A DNA stretch of 58,686 bases from an uncultured Candidatus Saccharibacteria bacterium (GTDB lineage: Bacteria; Patescibacteriota; Minisyncoccia; Minisyncoccales; JAGOPM01), in assembly GCA_964596325.1 (NCBI GenBank), contig CAZQSQ010000001.1:69070-127755 (forward strand), in the 5' to 3' direction. The notes under the pieces are model-generated. The model worked only from the letters and a program-made list of their open reading frames with translations. It made no database searches and was not told the DNA's origin. Below, piece after piece: positions 27,358 through 36,429 of this stretch (positions are counted from its first letter, which is position 1; every line of letters begins with the position of its first letter). The position numbers and the translations under genes were made by a program.

Positions 27358-27962
27358 GTTTTTATTTCTTGATGTATTTCATCTATGCTGCGCTCCCCAT
27401 CAATAACTTTAAGCTCAGGAAAACGCACCACAACTTTCTCATATTGCTTCCAAGTATTGGCCAGCTTTTCTTCCACTTCGAAAAATTTCATCCCCTCATT
27501 GCGTTTGGTAACACGCTGCATACAAATTTTCGGGTTCACTTTGAGCAGGAATGTAAAATCCGGCATCAAAAAATCCTTATTCAGGGATATCAGATAGTCC
27601 AAATCATTGCCATGCGCGGCCCCGAAAGCAAAAGAAGAAAAACAATATCGGTCACAAATAACCAGCTTGCCCTCTTTAAGCGCCGGGATAATTTCCTGTT
27701 CCAAATGCTCTTTTCTGTCTTGGGCAAAAAGCTCTTGCAAGGGCTTGGCCTCCATCTTCACCTTTTTATCCAATACATCCCGGAGGGTTTGCGCCACACT
27801 GGAATGGAATTGGCCCTCCAGCTGAGTAGGCTCTTTGGTCAGCAAAACCTCCCGGCCTTGAGAGATAAAATATTGGCCCAAAAGCCGGGCCTGCGTGGTC
27901 TGCCCACTGCCGTCCAAACCTTCAAAAACAATGAATTTTCCGCCAAACTTATTGGCAATCAT
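27342..27962 (-). CDS. tmk: Thymidylate kinase.
   Basis: Contains the P-loop FIVFEGLDGSGQTTQ and a DRY-like motif (ICDRYCFSS). Confidence 0.9.
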   Translation of the reverse strand: MIANKFGGKFIVFEGLDGSGQTTQARLLGQYFISQGREVLLTKEPTQLEGQFHSSVAQTLRDVLDKKVKMEAKPLQELFAQDRKEHLEQEIIPALKEGKLVICDRYCFSSFAFGAAHGNDLDYLISLNKDFLMPDFTFLLKVNPKICMQRVTKRNEGMKFFEVEEKLANTWKQYEKVVVRFPELKVIDGERSIDEIHQEIKTWLKY

Positions 27963-27963
27963 A

Positions 27964-28521
27964 TTAGCACTTGACCTTAAAACATTTCATCGCACTTTTG
28001 AGCTGGTCTTTAAGCTCGGCAAAGCTGCCATTGTTATCAATGATGAAATCCGCCTTCTGGCCAATTTCCAAAATTGAACGCTCCGTGGAAGCCGAATCCA
28101 TTTCCAAAAATTTTTCAAAAGAGGAATTATCGTCTTTTTTTTCTTTTCTCCCGCGCACCCGCTGCCAACGCGTTTTGGCATCGGCCTTAATGTAAACCAA
28201 CTTGCCCCCGAGTTTTTTTAAGAGCTGGCGTTCACTCTCATAACGAATACCGTTAAGAATAATCAATCCGCCCTTCAAGCTTTTGATTTTGCGCTCAATG
28301 GCACGGGCTAAAACATCCTCTCCAAAGCGCTCGCGCAAAACCCGGCCCAACCACTGCTGATCTTCTTTTTTTATTTCATTGGTAAAAATATTGAGCGCCT
28401 CAGTCAGTGGCGTGGAAAAGCGTAAAAAAATCGCTTTCTTGTTTATTTTTTTTAGCTGCTCACAAAGAGCGTCCTTGCCTGCACCGGTTTGCCCGGTAAT
28501 ACCTATGACTTTCGCTTTCAT
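27964..28521 (-). CDS. P-loop nucleotide kinase resembling the deoxynucleoside-monophosphate kinase of phage T4 (gp1).
   Basis: The P-loop GITGQTGAGKD carries the unusual SGKD/GKD ending seen in T4 dNMP kinase, and the protein is only 185 aa. It sits inside a dTMP operon. It lacks the DAD motif of CoaE. Assignment is tentative. Confidence 0.5.
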   Translation of the reverse strand: MKAKVIGITGQTGAGKDALCEQLKKINKKAIFLRFSTPLTEALNIFTNEIKKEDQQWLGRVLRERFGEDVLARAIERKIKSLKGGLIILNGIRYESERQLLKKLGGKLVYIKADAKTRWQRVRGRKEKKDDNSSFEKFLEMDSASTERSILEIGQKADFIIDNNGSFAELKDQLKSAMKCFKVKC

Positions 28522-29072
28522 TATATTTTTAAGTTTTCTTTATGGTTTTGCTCGGCACCGTATTGGTGCTCATCATCAACAATGTCCTTTTGGCGCCAAT
28601 CATTTACCCAATCTTCCACCGAAAATACTTTTATTTTACCTTCCGAAGTGGTGCAAACCACGCGCCGTAAACCGGAATTAATAATCATCTTTTTGCAGAT
28701 AAAGCAAGGAAAGCTGTCAATTGTTTGGCCGGTTTTGGCTGAGCGGATAGAAATGAACATATCCCCGCCCAAGAGCGAAACCCCCGCGCGGGCAGCATTA
28801 ATTATGGCATTTTGCTCGGCGTGCACGCTCCGACAAATCTCGTAACGAGTGCCATGCGGGATCTGCAATAAATCTCGCACGCAATTTCCGCGCTCAAAAC
28901 AGTCTTTTGACTTTCTGGGCGCCCCGATATAACCAGTAGCCACGATTTGATCATCTCGGACAATTATCGCCCCGCCATGAGAACGATAGCAAGTAGAACG
29001 TTTCCCAACCTGATCGGCGATATTTAGATAATACTCGTCCTTTGTGGGGCGAGCAGTTTTGTTATCTTGCAT
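28521..29072 (-). CDS. dCMP deaminase (cytidine/deoxycytidylate deaminase family).
   Basis: Zinc ligands HAEQNAI and PCFICKKMI (H-A-E ... PC-x2-C); 183 aa. Its stop overlaps the kinase start as TAATG. Confidence 0.85.
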   Translation of the reverse strand: MQDNKTARPTKDEYYLNIADQVGKRSTCYRSHGGAIIVRDDQIVATGYIGAPRKSKDCFERGNCVRDLLQIPHGTRYEICRSVHAEQNAIINAARAGVSLLGGDMFISIRSAKTGQTIDSFPCFICKKMIINSGLRRVVCTTSEGKIKVFSVEDWVNDWRQKDIVDDEHQYGAEQNHKENLKI

Positions 29073-29208
29073 ACACGTGCCGTTATTCTAGCAAGCCCAT
29101 GGCCTTAAACCAACAGGTAAGTTATCCACACATTTATGAGAATATATTAAAACTTCCTGTCAATTTTATATGTAAAAATCCCCCGAGCTAGTCGAGGGAG
29201 GATTTTTA

Positions 29209-32200
29209 TTAACGGGTATTATCAATGGCGGACATTCCGCCAAAACAATAAGGGGCGGATCTGAAAATTTTACCGAATTTATCCTTTATTCCTGCGGTTA
29301 TGCAATAAGGACTATTTTGGGGGAGATATATCGCGTCAGACCAGAAGAAAAAATTCTTATCGCTAGAAAATAATGCGGACACTTTAGCATTGCTGCCTTG
29401 TTCCGAATTATTTGATATTTCAAACCACTGGGAAGCGGCTGAATTTTTCTTGATTGATTTAGTAGCAGCCTTGAAAATACTTCCGCTCAAAGAAGAACTG
29501 GCAGAAACGATAGAAATTTCCGAACTATCAACAAATGGATTCTTAAGATCATTTCCAGTGGCAGCTACATCTTTTTTATCTTTTGACATTAACTTGGGAT
29601 TGGAATCACTGGCACTAGGCAATTTTAATCCTGAAATAGTTTGCATAATCCTAGCTGGCAAAGCCAGTTGAACTTCTTTTTTGGCTGGATTTACATCGTT
29701 TGAAGAATCCTCAAACCATTTCAAATTTATTTTGGGCAAGCCACTGTAAAATGGCATGGTAATATATACCCCGTCTTTGTTGTAGAATCCTAGCAATGAG
29801 TTGTCGCCGCCAGCACCGCTGAGAAAGACCTTATCTTGAAACTTTTTTACTTCATCTGGAGTCAACAAAAACGTGAGTGTAAACATATAGTCACGACTAG
29901 GGTCTAAATTTAGAATTTCATAGTCGGTGACTTTCCATAAATTTTTTTCCAACCTTGCCCCTTTGAAAACAGCCCGTGCCCCCAAAATGGCAACATCGGT
30001 TAGTTTTCCACCGAGACGCCAAATCGACAATATGGAATTTTTTTCTTTAGAAATTCCTTGCCTATCAATATAAAATCGTCCGCTTAACTGAACATGAATA
30101 TTTTTATCTTGGTCCGGGTATATCGAAGCGCCATTCATACAAATAAAGCCTTCTGTAGGAAAGATGTCTTTTTTTATTTGTTTGATTATCTTGTTGCCTG
30201 AGGAAACAGTTATTACAACATCATATGGAGTTAAATTTAAGCGCGACACTTTGATGCTTTCGCTCCAAATGCCATTACTTGATTTAACTTTTGAAAACTT
30301 GCGAATAGTCGGCGGCGCAAATGATCTAGATAAATATGCTAATTCGCTTTTATTTAACATCTGCGCCCATTGATCGGGGCAAGCAAATTTCTTCTCAACA
30401 TTTACCTCCACATCATAAACCGCATCTCGCAAGCCACTTATATTGATATCCAACTTATCATCATTTTCTTCTGATGTATCTATAACGTTTTTTATATATT
30501 CCTGATCAAGAGTAACATCAATCTGCATCCCATCTTCTTTTTTTAATAATTGCGACCCATACCTGCACCAAGGTTGGCTAGTATAAACCCGCAAAGAGCT
30601 TGGTTCACGAGAGAATAAATCAACGCAGACATATTCTGTATCAAAATTTCGCCGATGAGCTGGCGACTCAGGCGTATTATTCGCTGGCAAATAATAAGTT
30701 GCTTTTACCGTAAAAACCCCGCCTTTATTATTATCAAAAATCATCGAGGCGGAATTTCGCCCAAATAAAGAACCTGTCCCTTCCATGTCGGACTTTTGGT
30801 TTATTTTCAATATATACTCAAACTCATAGGCATAATCTTTGGGCACAATAATATCTATCGCCAAATCAAAGAATTCATTCTTAATACTATCTGAATATTG
30901 CTTCAACACTCTTACATCCTTGATTTCTAGTTTTGGCGCTGACCTAGATACTCTTTTCTTGGCAATTTCCTGACATTGTGACAGCTTTCCCGAAAATTGT
31001 ACCATCTTGGCCAAATTGACAGTCTTCACAACTCCTCCCGTATTAAAACTTAAAATATCATCATTAATATTATCAATGATGCAACGCTGGAGCGCCATAT
31101 CATTTTTGGACGCAATACCAAAACGCAGAATATGTGCCATGGCACCAGTTATGTGCGCCACAGAATACGACAGGCCGCCATATGGCCGAATTACATTTCC
31201 GTCCTCCAAAACGGTCGCCCAAATAGGCGCAGCAACATCAAAATTCTGATCGCCATATATAATTTTAGGGAGGGCTTTACATGACACATTTTCTCCAGAT
31301 TTAATATTCAAAATTTTATCCAACTTGTCATCCCCCTGATTCGTTTTAATCATAGGATCCTCCTTACCAGATTTGAATATGTCATATCCTCCAGCACAAA
31401 CAACTGGCTTCACGATCTGACCCCTATAATCAATTTCCGAAACCTTGCATAACCAGCTATCAGAGGTAATTGTAAAAATTCCTCTTTGCCCAGCTTGTCT
31501 AATAGCTTCCGCGACTGCCGGATCTCCTCCCTGTGTATAGACCTTTTCTAAACTTAAATTTACTAAATTGGCAAGATTATTCTTGGCAAAATGCATCCCG
31601 GACACAATTTCGACGCTGCTAATATTATCGCCATAATAACCTTTGTCGATTTTTATAGGCATTATTCTGACATATTGTTCTTTGAAAGATTTGACATTAT
31701 TGATTCCGGCAATAGCAAAATTATTTTCCATTTGGCCAGCAATAAGCGTTGCCATACCCTCTCCATGCTTTCCGTTTGAAAGTTTCTCGTTATAACTACT
31801 ATCAGAATCAAGATATTTTCTAATATCTATCCCTCCAAAAGGACATTTAATTTTTTTGTAATTATAATCGACGCAGACATCATCCTTTGCCTTCCATAAG
31901 ATCGGCGAAATATCAGGACTGATATAAGAGCTGTCGGTCAGACCATCATCAAGAATCGCCACAACAACATCTTGTGTATATTTGCCTTTATAAACTCCAC
32001 GACCTTCATAAACTTTTCTTTCGGTAAAATCCCAAGCTTCGTCAGCGGAAAATCCGATGGATTTATCGTTTATGTAGAACTTAGCAAATAAGTTGCTTTG
32101 CGATTTGAAATACGGATCTGACGGTTTGAAGGTTGGCGTTTGGCTTTGGCCAAGTAGACGATATTTGAAGTTTAGCTGTGCCTCTCCAACTTTTTTTCCT

Positions 32201-32604
32201 TGAAAATAAGCTTTTCTGATTTGTGAGACAACGCTTTTCGCAATAGGAATGTAAACGCCAGACTTTTCTCCATCCAAATCAACCGGAAAAATCCTGACAA
32301 TAGCCAAGTTTTGATCCTTGATAAAGATCATGCTTTTTTCACCTTTAAGATTGCCTGCGACAAAAGGATCCTCCCAGCTCAGGGTATTTATATATTGCAA
32401 CGCCTCCTTTTCTCCGCTTTCCGTCCTAAGATCAAACAATTCTCTATTAAAAGTTATCAAGACTCGTGTTGGCTCGACTTCATATTTCGACGTCGCCCCC
32501 TCATCGTCGTAATGCGAACTATCACTACTAACCTGTGCTTGCACAAAAGAAGTAAAGCCAAATATCGTAATTAGAATTGTTAAAAACACAAAAAGCTTTT
32601 TCAT
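29209..32604 (-). CDS. Large secreted protein (1131 aa) with a subtilisin-like (S8) serine peptidase domain.
   Basis: Signal peptide MKKLFVFLTILITIFGFTSFVQA. The Asp motif is VVVAILDDGLTD, the His motif is NGKHGEGMATLIAG and the Ser motif is GGLSYSVAHITGAMAHI, in D-H-S order. Confidence 0.55.
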   Translation of the reverse strand: MKKLFVFLTILITIFGFTSFVQAQVSSDSSHYDDEGATSKYEVEPTRVLITFNRELFDLRTESGEKEALQYINTLSWEDPFVAGNLKGEKSMIFIKDQNLAIVRIFPVDLDGEKSGVYIPIAKSVVSQIRKAYFQGKKVGEAQLNFKYRLLGQSQTPTFKPSDPYFKSQSNLFAKFYINDKSIGFSADEAWDFTERKVYEGRGVYKGKYTQDVVVAILDDGLTDSSYISPDISPILWKAKDDVCVDYNYKKIKCPFGGIDIRKYLDSDSSYNEKLSNGKHGEGMATLIAGQMENNFAIAGINNVKSFKEQYVRIMPIKIDKGYYGDNISSVEIVSGMHFAKNNLANLVNLSLEKVYTQGGDPAVAEAIRQAGQRGIFTITSDSWLCKVSEIDYRGQIVKPVVCAGGYDIFKSGKEDPMIKTNQGDDKLDKILNIKSGENVSCKALPKIIYGDQNFDVAAPIWATVLEDGNVIRPYGGLSYSVAHITGAMAHILRFGIASKNDMALQRCIIDNINDDILSFNTGGVVKTVNLAKMVQFSGKLSQCQEIAKKRVSRSAPKLEIKDVRVLKQYSDSIKNEFFDLAIDIIVPKDYAYEFEYILKINQKSDMEGTGSLFGRNSASMIFDNNKGGVFTVKATYYLPANNTPESPAHRRNFDTEYVCVDLFSREPSSLRVYTSQPWCRYGSQLLKKEDGMQIDVTLDQEYIKNVIDTSEENDDKLDINISGLRDAVYDVEVNVEKKFACPDQWAQMLNKSELAYLSRSFAPPTIRKFSKVKSSNGIWSESIKVSRLNLTPYDVVITVSSGNKIIKQIKKDIFPTEGFICMNGASIYPDQDKNIHVQLSGRFYIDRQGISKEKNSILSIWRLGGKLTDVAILGARAVFKGARLEKNLWKVTDYEILNLDPSRDYMFTLTFLLTPDEVKKFQDKVFLSGAGGDNSLLGFYNKDGVYITMPFYSGLPKINLKWFEDSSNDVNPAKKEVQLALPARIMQTISGLKLPSASDSNPKLMSKDKKDVAATGNDLKNPFVDSSEISIVSASSSLSGSIFKAATKSIKKNSAASQWFEISNNSEQGSNAKVSALFSSDKNFFFWSDAIYLPQNSPYCITAGIKDKFGKIFRSAPYCFGGMSAIDNTR

Positions 32605-32675
32605 GGCTATATTAGCTAATTATACCTTGCTGTTCTCCCGGCCACAAAGTTGCGTTATACAACTTTTGCACAACC

Positions 32676-32702
32676 AAAAATCCCCCTTGCGGGGGATTTT
32701 CA
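32676..32702 (-). terminator. Rho-independent terminator directly after rplK.
   Basis: Minus-strand hairpin AAAATCCCCC-GCAA-GGGGGATTTT followed by TGGTTGTGCAAAAGTTG. Confidence 0.55.
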
Positions 32703-32705
32703 AAA

Positions 32706-33134
32706 TTACTTATCAATAACTTCCAGTCCCATGGCTTTGGCAGTAGCGGCAATGGTCTTTTTGGCGGATTCCAGATTATCAGTATTCATATCCACCATCT
32801 TGCGCTTAGCTACTTCCTCAATCTGCTTCATGGTTATCTTGCCCACCTTGCGCTTATTGGGCTCGCCCGATCCTTTCTCTAAGCCGATGGCTTTCTTAAT
32901 CAGCTGAGAAGAAATGGGCTGCTTGAGTTTGAATTCGTAAGTGCGGTCTTCAAAAACCGTAATTTCAACCGGGATTTTGTATCCCATCTGCGGGCGGGTA
33001 GCATCATTAAACTTCTTGCAGAAGTCAGCAATGTTAATACCGTGTTGTGCCAAAGTCGGACCGATTGGAGGTGCGGGGTTGGCGGCGCCAGCGTTGATAG
33101 CAAGCTTTACAATTGATTTTATTTTCTTAGCCAT
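32706..33134 (-). CDS. rplK: 50S ribosomal protein L11.
   Basis: NPAPPIGPTLAQHGINIADFCKKFN...KIPVEITVFEDRTYEF...GSGEPNK; 142 aa. Confidence 0.95.
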   Translation of the reverse strand: MAKKIKSIVKLAINAGAANPAPPIGPTLAQHGINIADFCKKFNDATRPQMGYKIPVEITVFEDRTYEFKLKQPISSQLIKKAIGLEKGSGEPNKRKVGKITMKQIEEVAKRKMVDMNTDNLESAKKTIAATAKAMGLEVIDK

Positions 33135-33160
33135 ATTATTTCTCTTTCAATTTCACTAAA

Positions 33161-33706
33161 TTATAATTTCTTGACCTGTAAGGTATCCAGTTCCACTGGG
33201 GTATCACGGCCGAACATATTAACTAACACTTTTATCTTGCCATGTTCATTGTCGATCTCGCAAATCTTGCCGTCATAATCCTTGAATATTCCGTCGACAA
33301 TTTTAACCCTTTCATTAAGCTCAAAATCGATATTAAACTCCGGATTTTCACCACCCATCCTCTTTTTGAGAATTTCAATTTCCTGAGGACTGACCGGAAT
33401 AGGCGTGGTAGAGCTGCCGACAAACCCCGTAACATTGGGCGTATTGCGCACCACATACCAAGAATCGTCGGTTACCATCATTTCCACGAGCACATAGCCC
33501 GGATAAATCTTTTCTTCCACGACTTTGCGCTTTCCATTCTTAATCTTCACCTTCTTTTCGTGCGGGACCAAAACATTGAAAATTTTGTCCTGCATGCCGA
33601 GGTTTTCAACCCTCTGCAAAAGTGATTTGGCAACAGCCTCTTCATAGCCAGCATAGGTATGGATTACAAACCAATTTCTGCCTTGTTGAAGCTCTTGTTT
33701 TGCCAT
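33161..33706 (-). CDS. nusG: Transcription termination/antitermination factor NusG.
   Basis: NGN domain WFVIHTYAGYEEAV...YPGYVLVEM plus a C-terminal KOW motif GKIKVLVNMFGRDTPVEL. Confidence 0.9.
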   Translation of the reverse strand: MAKQELQQGRNWFVIHTYAGYEEAVAKSLLQRVENLGMQDKIFNVLVPHEKKVKIKNGKRKVVEEKIYPGYVLVEMMVTDDSWYVVRNTPNVTGFVGSSTTPIPVSPQEIEILKKRMGGENPEFNIDFELNERVKIVDGIFKDYDGKICEIDNEHGKIKVLVNMFGRDTPVELDTLQVKKL

Positions 33707-33710
33707 ATTT

Positions 33711-33914
33711 TTAATGGATTATAAATTTTTGGATTGCAAAGCGGAACACAGCATCTAAGCCGCCTAAAACAGCAGCAAATGCAAATGCAAAAACCAAGAC
33801 CACGACAGTGTCCTTGATTATTTCCGAACGGGTGGGCCAAGTCACTTTTTTGACCTCGGCTTTAACATCGGAAAAATACGCTTTCAAACTTTCCCAAAAA
33901 CCTTTCTTTTCCAT
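33711..33914 (-). CDS. secE: Preprotein translocase subunit SecE.
   Basis: 67 aa; KAEVKKVTWPTRSEIIKDTVVVLVFAFAFAAVLGGLDAVF. It lies immediately upstream of nusG, as in the conserved cluster. Confidence 0.85.
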   Translation of the reverse strand: MEKKGFWESLKAYFSDVKAEVKKVTWPTRSEIIKDTVVVLVFAFAFAAVLGGLDAVFRFAIQKFIIH

Positions 33915-33943
33915 ATCTTAAAAAAGCCCGCAGGCTCTGATAA

Positions 33944-33972
33944 ATAATAGCCAATATTGGCGTATTTGTCAA
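33944..33972 (-). promoter_or_regulatory. Sigma70-like promoter for secE-nusG-rplK.
   Basis: Minus strand reads TTGACA-17 nt-TATTAT. A short GC hairpin plus TTTTTT lies just before the secE ATG. Confidence 0.4.
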
Positions 33973-34054
33973 TAACGCCAAAACCATAGTATTATCAGGG
34001 ATTTCTGCGCTGGCGCTGCCCAAAATGCTTTGATTTTCTTAACTACTTTATCTA

Positions 34055-34083
34055 TTGATTTTATTCCAATTTTATGTTACAAT
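34055..34083 (+). promoter_or_regulatory. Putative promoter for the small plus-strand gene.
   Basis: TTGATT-17 nt-TACAAT, about 75 nt upstream of the GGAGG/ATG at 34159. Confidence 0.35.
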
Positions 34084-34158
34084 TAATATGCAATCACAAA
34101 ACGATTGCCCGAATTTCCCAAAGAAATTTTTGGACTTCAAAATTCCATAGGAGGAAAA

Positions 34159-34368
34159 ATGAAAGGCAAATGGTATTTGACATATACGCACTTCGGCTAC
34201 ACGGGGCACATAGCAATGACTGAATTTGTAAAGCTTCAGGCAACAAATGAGGAAGACGCCATTAAGGAAGGGCTTAAGAAACTGGAAGAAACCAAAAGAA
34301 TAAGTGACTTCAAGGAGGACATCTGTAAGCCCGAAGTCCACTATATCATTTCTCTTGACGAAAAATAA
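34159..34368 (+). CDS. Small hypothetical protein (69 aa).
   Basis: The ATG at 34159 has GGAGG 6 nt upstream. The track ORF 34105.. translates through the ribosome-binding site. A bidirectional terminator follows. Confidence 0.45.
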   Translation: MKGKWYLTYTHFGYTGHIAMTEFVKLQATNEEDAIKEGLKKLEETKRISDFKEDICKPEVHYIISLDEK

Positions 34369-34380
34369 TCGCCAAAAAAC

Positions 34381-34412
34381 CGCAAAGCCCCGAAGTAATT
34401 CGGGGTTCTATT
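34381..34412. terminator. Bidirectional terminator between the small plus-strand gene and gyrB.
   Basis: AGCCCCGAA-GTAA-TTCGGGGTT followed by CTATTTTTC on the plus strand; on the minus strand the hairpin is followed by TTTGCGGTTTTTTGG. Confidence 0.6.
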
Positions 34413-34416
34413 TTTC

Positions 34417-36348
34417 TTAAATATCCAAATTTTTGACGTGTTGGGCCTGCGTTTGGATAAAACGCTTGCGGCTGGGCACATCCTCCCCCATCAGAACATC
34501 AAATATCTTGTCGGCTTCCATGGCATCGTCAATGGTTACTTGCAGCATGGAGCGCGTAGCCGGATCCATGGTGGTTTCCCAAAGCTGTTCGGGATTCATT
34601 TCTCCCAAACCTTTATAACGTTGAATGGAGATTCCCTTCTCGTTTTCCAATTTCTTCAGCTTTTCTTCCTTTTCAGTATCCGAGTAAGCATACTCGGCAA
34701 TCCGGGCATTGGAAATTTTGTAAAGTGGCGGCTGGGCAATATAAATATGCCCGGCTTCTATCAGCTGCGGGAAATGCCTAAAGAAAAGCGTTAAGAGTAA
34801 AGTTCGAATGTGGGCGCCATCCACGTCGGCATCGGTCATAATAATAATTTTGTAATAGCGCAATTTTTCAATATTAAAATCCTGCCCAATAGAAGTGCCC
34901 AAAGCCAAAACCAAAGATTTGACTTCGCGCGAGTCAAGCATTTTATCCAAGCGCATTTTTTCCACGTTCAGAATCTTACCGCGTAACGGCAATACGGCTT
35001 GGAATTTACGATCACGCCCCATTTTAGCTGAGCCACCGGCTGAATCTCCCTCCACGATATAAAGCTCTGATTCGGAAGCGTCGCGCGAAGAGCAGTCGGT
35101 AAGCTTGCCGGGAAGCGAAAGCCCTTCCAAAACTCCCTTGCGCAAGACCGTTTCCCGCGCGGCCTTGGCGGCCTTGCGGGCGCGCACAGCCAGCAAACAA
35201 TTATCAATAATTGAGCCGGCATCGCTAGGATTGCGCTCTAAGAAATCGGCCAAAGCCTCGGAAACTACTTGCTCCACCGCGGTCTTGGCCTCCACATTGC
35301 CCAATTTGGCTTTAGTTTGGCCTTCAAATTGCGGAGTTTTTATTTTAATAGAAACCACACCATTAAATCCTTCACGCACGTCATCTCCGGTCAGATTATC
35401 TTCATTTTCCTTCAAATACCCATTTTTGCGCGCATAATCATTAAGGCAACGGGTTAAGGCTCCGCGCATACCCGCCAAATGCGTACCGCCTTCCCCAGTG
35501 TGAATATTATTGGCAAAAGAAATCTCAAATGGTTCGCGGTTTTGCGTATATTGCATAGCCACTTCCACCTCAATGTCATTTTTTACGCCCTTGGTATAAA
35601 ATGGCTCTTTCTGCAAAGCTTCCTCGCCACGGGTGATGTGGCGCAAATAAGCCTTGAGCCCGCCTTCAAAATAAAAAGTATATTCAAAAGATTCTTCTTT
35701 GCGCTCGTCAATAAACTTGACACGTACGCCCGAAGTCAAGTAGGCTTGCTGGCGCAAATGCTGCAAAATCTTCTTGGCATCATATTTGATTTCTGGGAAA
35801 ATTGTCGGGTCGGCGTCAAAATAAATCTTGGTGCCGTGCTTGTCGCCGCACTTGCCGTCCTTTTCTACCTGTCCCTGTGGCTTACCGATTTTATATTCCT
35901 GAAAATAGCGGTATCCATCCCGGCAAACTTCGGCACGCATCCATGTCGAAAGCGCGCAAACAACCGAGCTGCCCACACCATGCAAGCCACCTGAGACCTT
36001 ATAAGCGCTGTTATTAAACTTTCCGCCCGCATGCAGGGTGGTCAAAATCGTCTCCAAGGCAGATTTCTTGGTTTGCGGATGGATATCAACTGGAATACCG
36101 CGCCCATCGTCTTCCTCAGAAACCCGATTATTAGGCAACAAGGTCACAGTGATATTCTTTGCATATCCTCCGATGGCCTCGTCAATGGAATTGTCCACAA
36201 TTTCCCAAATCAAATGGTGCAAGCCATCGGGCCCGGTTGAGCCGATATACATGCCCGGGCGCATGCGCACAGGCTCCAAGCCCTTCAAAACATAAATGTC
36301 CGAGGCTGTGTATGATTCTTTTTTCTTTTTTTCTTCGTCTTTGGCCAT
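34417..36348 (-). CDS. gyrB: DNA gyrase subunit B.
   Basis: A GHKL ATPase N-terminus (SIDEAIGGYA...GLHGVGSSVVCALS), a Toprim domain with the EGDSAGG motif, and the C-terminal GyrB tail; 643 aa. Confidence 0.9.
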   Translation of the reverse strand: MAKDEEKKKKESYTASDIYVLKGLEPVRMRPGMYIGSTGPDGLHHLIWEIVDNSIDEAIGGYAKNITVTLLPNNRVSEEDDGRGIPVDIHPQTKKSALETILTTLHAGGKFNNSAYKVSGGLHGVGSSVVCALSTWMRAEVCRDGYRYFQEYKIGKPQGQVEKDGKCGDKHGTKIYFDADPTIFPEIKYDAKKILQHLRQQAYLTSGVRVKFIDERKEESFEYTFYFEGGLKAYLRHITRGEEALQKEPFYTKGVKNDIEVEVAMQYTQNREPFEISFANNIHTGEGGTHLAGMRGALTRCLNDYARKNGYLKENEDNLTGDDVREGFNGVVSIKIKTPQFEGQTKAKLGNVEAKTAVEQVVSEALADFLERNPSDAGSIIDNCLLAVRARKAAKAARETVLRKGVLEGLSLPGKLTDCSSRDASESELYIVEGDSAGGSAKMGRDRKFQAVLPLRGKILNVEKMRLDKMLDSREVKSLVLALGTSIGQDFNIEKLRYYKIIIMTDADVDGAHIRTLLLTLFFRHFPQLIEAGHIYIAQPPLYKISNARIAEYAYSDTEKEEKLKKLENEKGISIQRYKGLGEMNPEQLWETTMDPATRSMLQVTIDDAMEADKIFDVLMGEDVPSRKRFIQTQAQHVKNLDI

Positions 36349-36397
36349 ACAAAATAATTTATAATTTAAGACTGAAAATAACTAAGTTCGAACCCGT

Positions 36398-36429
36398 CTG
36401 CCGCCTGCCTGCCGGTAGGCAGGCGGCAG
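36398..36429. other. Perfect 12-bp GC-rich inverted repeat (a stable hairpin) in the pheT-gyrB intergenic region.
   Basis: CTGCCGCCTGCC-TGCCGGTA-GGCAGGCGGCAG. It lies about 50 nt upstream of the gyrB ATG and about 70 nt downstream of the pheT stop, with no adjacent T-tract. Confidence 0.5.

Noticed and set aside
27369-27974. Plus-strand 201-aa ORF antisense to tmk, and similar long antisense ORFs (35479..35994, 37560..38033, 38644..39336, 39146..39688, 17589..18152).
   Set aside because: Each lies inside a confidently identified housekeeping or giant gene on the opposite strand, and none has a ribosome-binding site or promoter.
29073-29208. A long SD-less leader of about 60 nt upstream of the dCMP deaminase gene that might be a riboswitch.
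   Set aside because: It is too short and lacks any recognisable conserved riboswitch core. It is more likely a plain 5' UTR plus the terminator of the downstream protease gene.
34105-34158. Longer start for the small plus-strand ORF (MPEFPKEIFG...).
   Set aside because: This extension translates straight through the GGAGG ribosome-binding site that serves the ATG at 34159; the shorter form is preferred.
36381-36395. A GTTCGAACC motif resembling a tRNA T-loop near the gyrB-pheT spacer.
   Set aside because: No flanking T-stem complementarity, acceptor stem or anticodon arm can be built on either strand, so it is not a tRNA.
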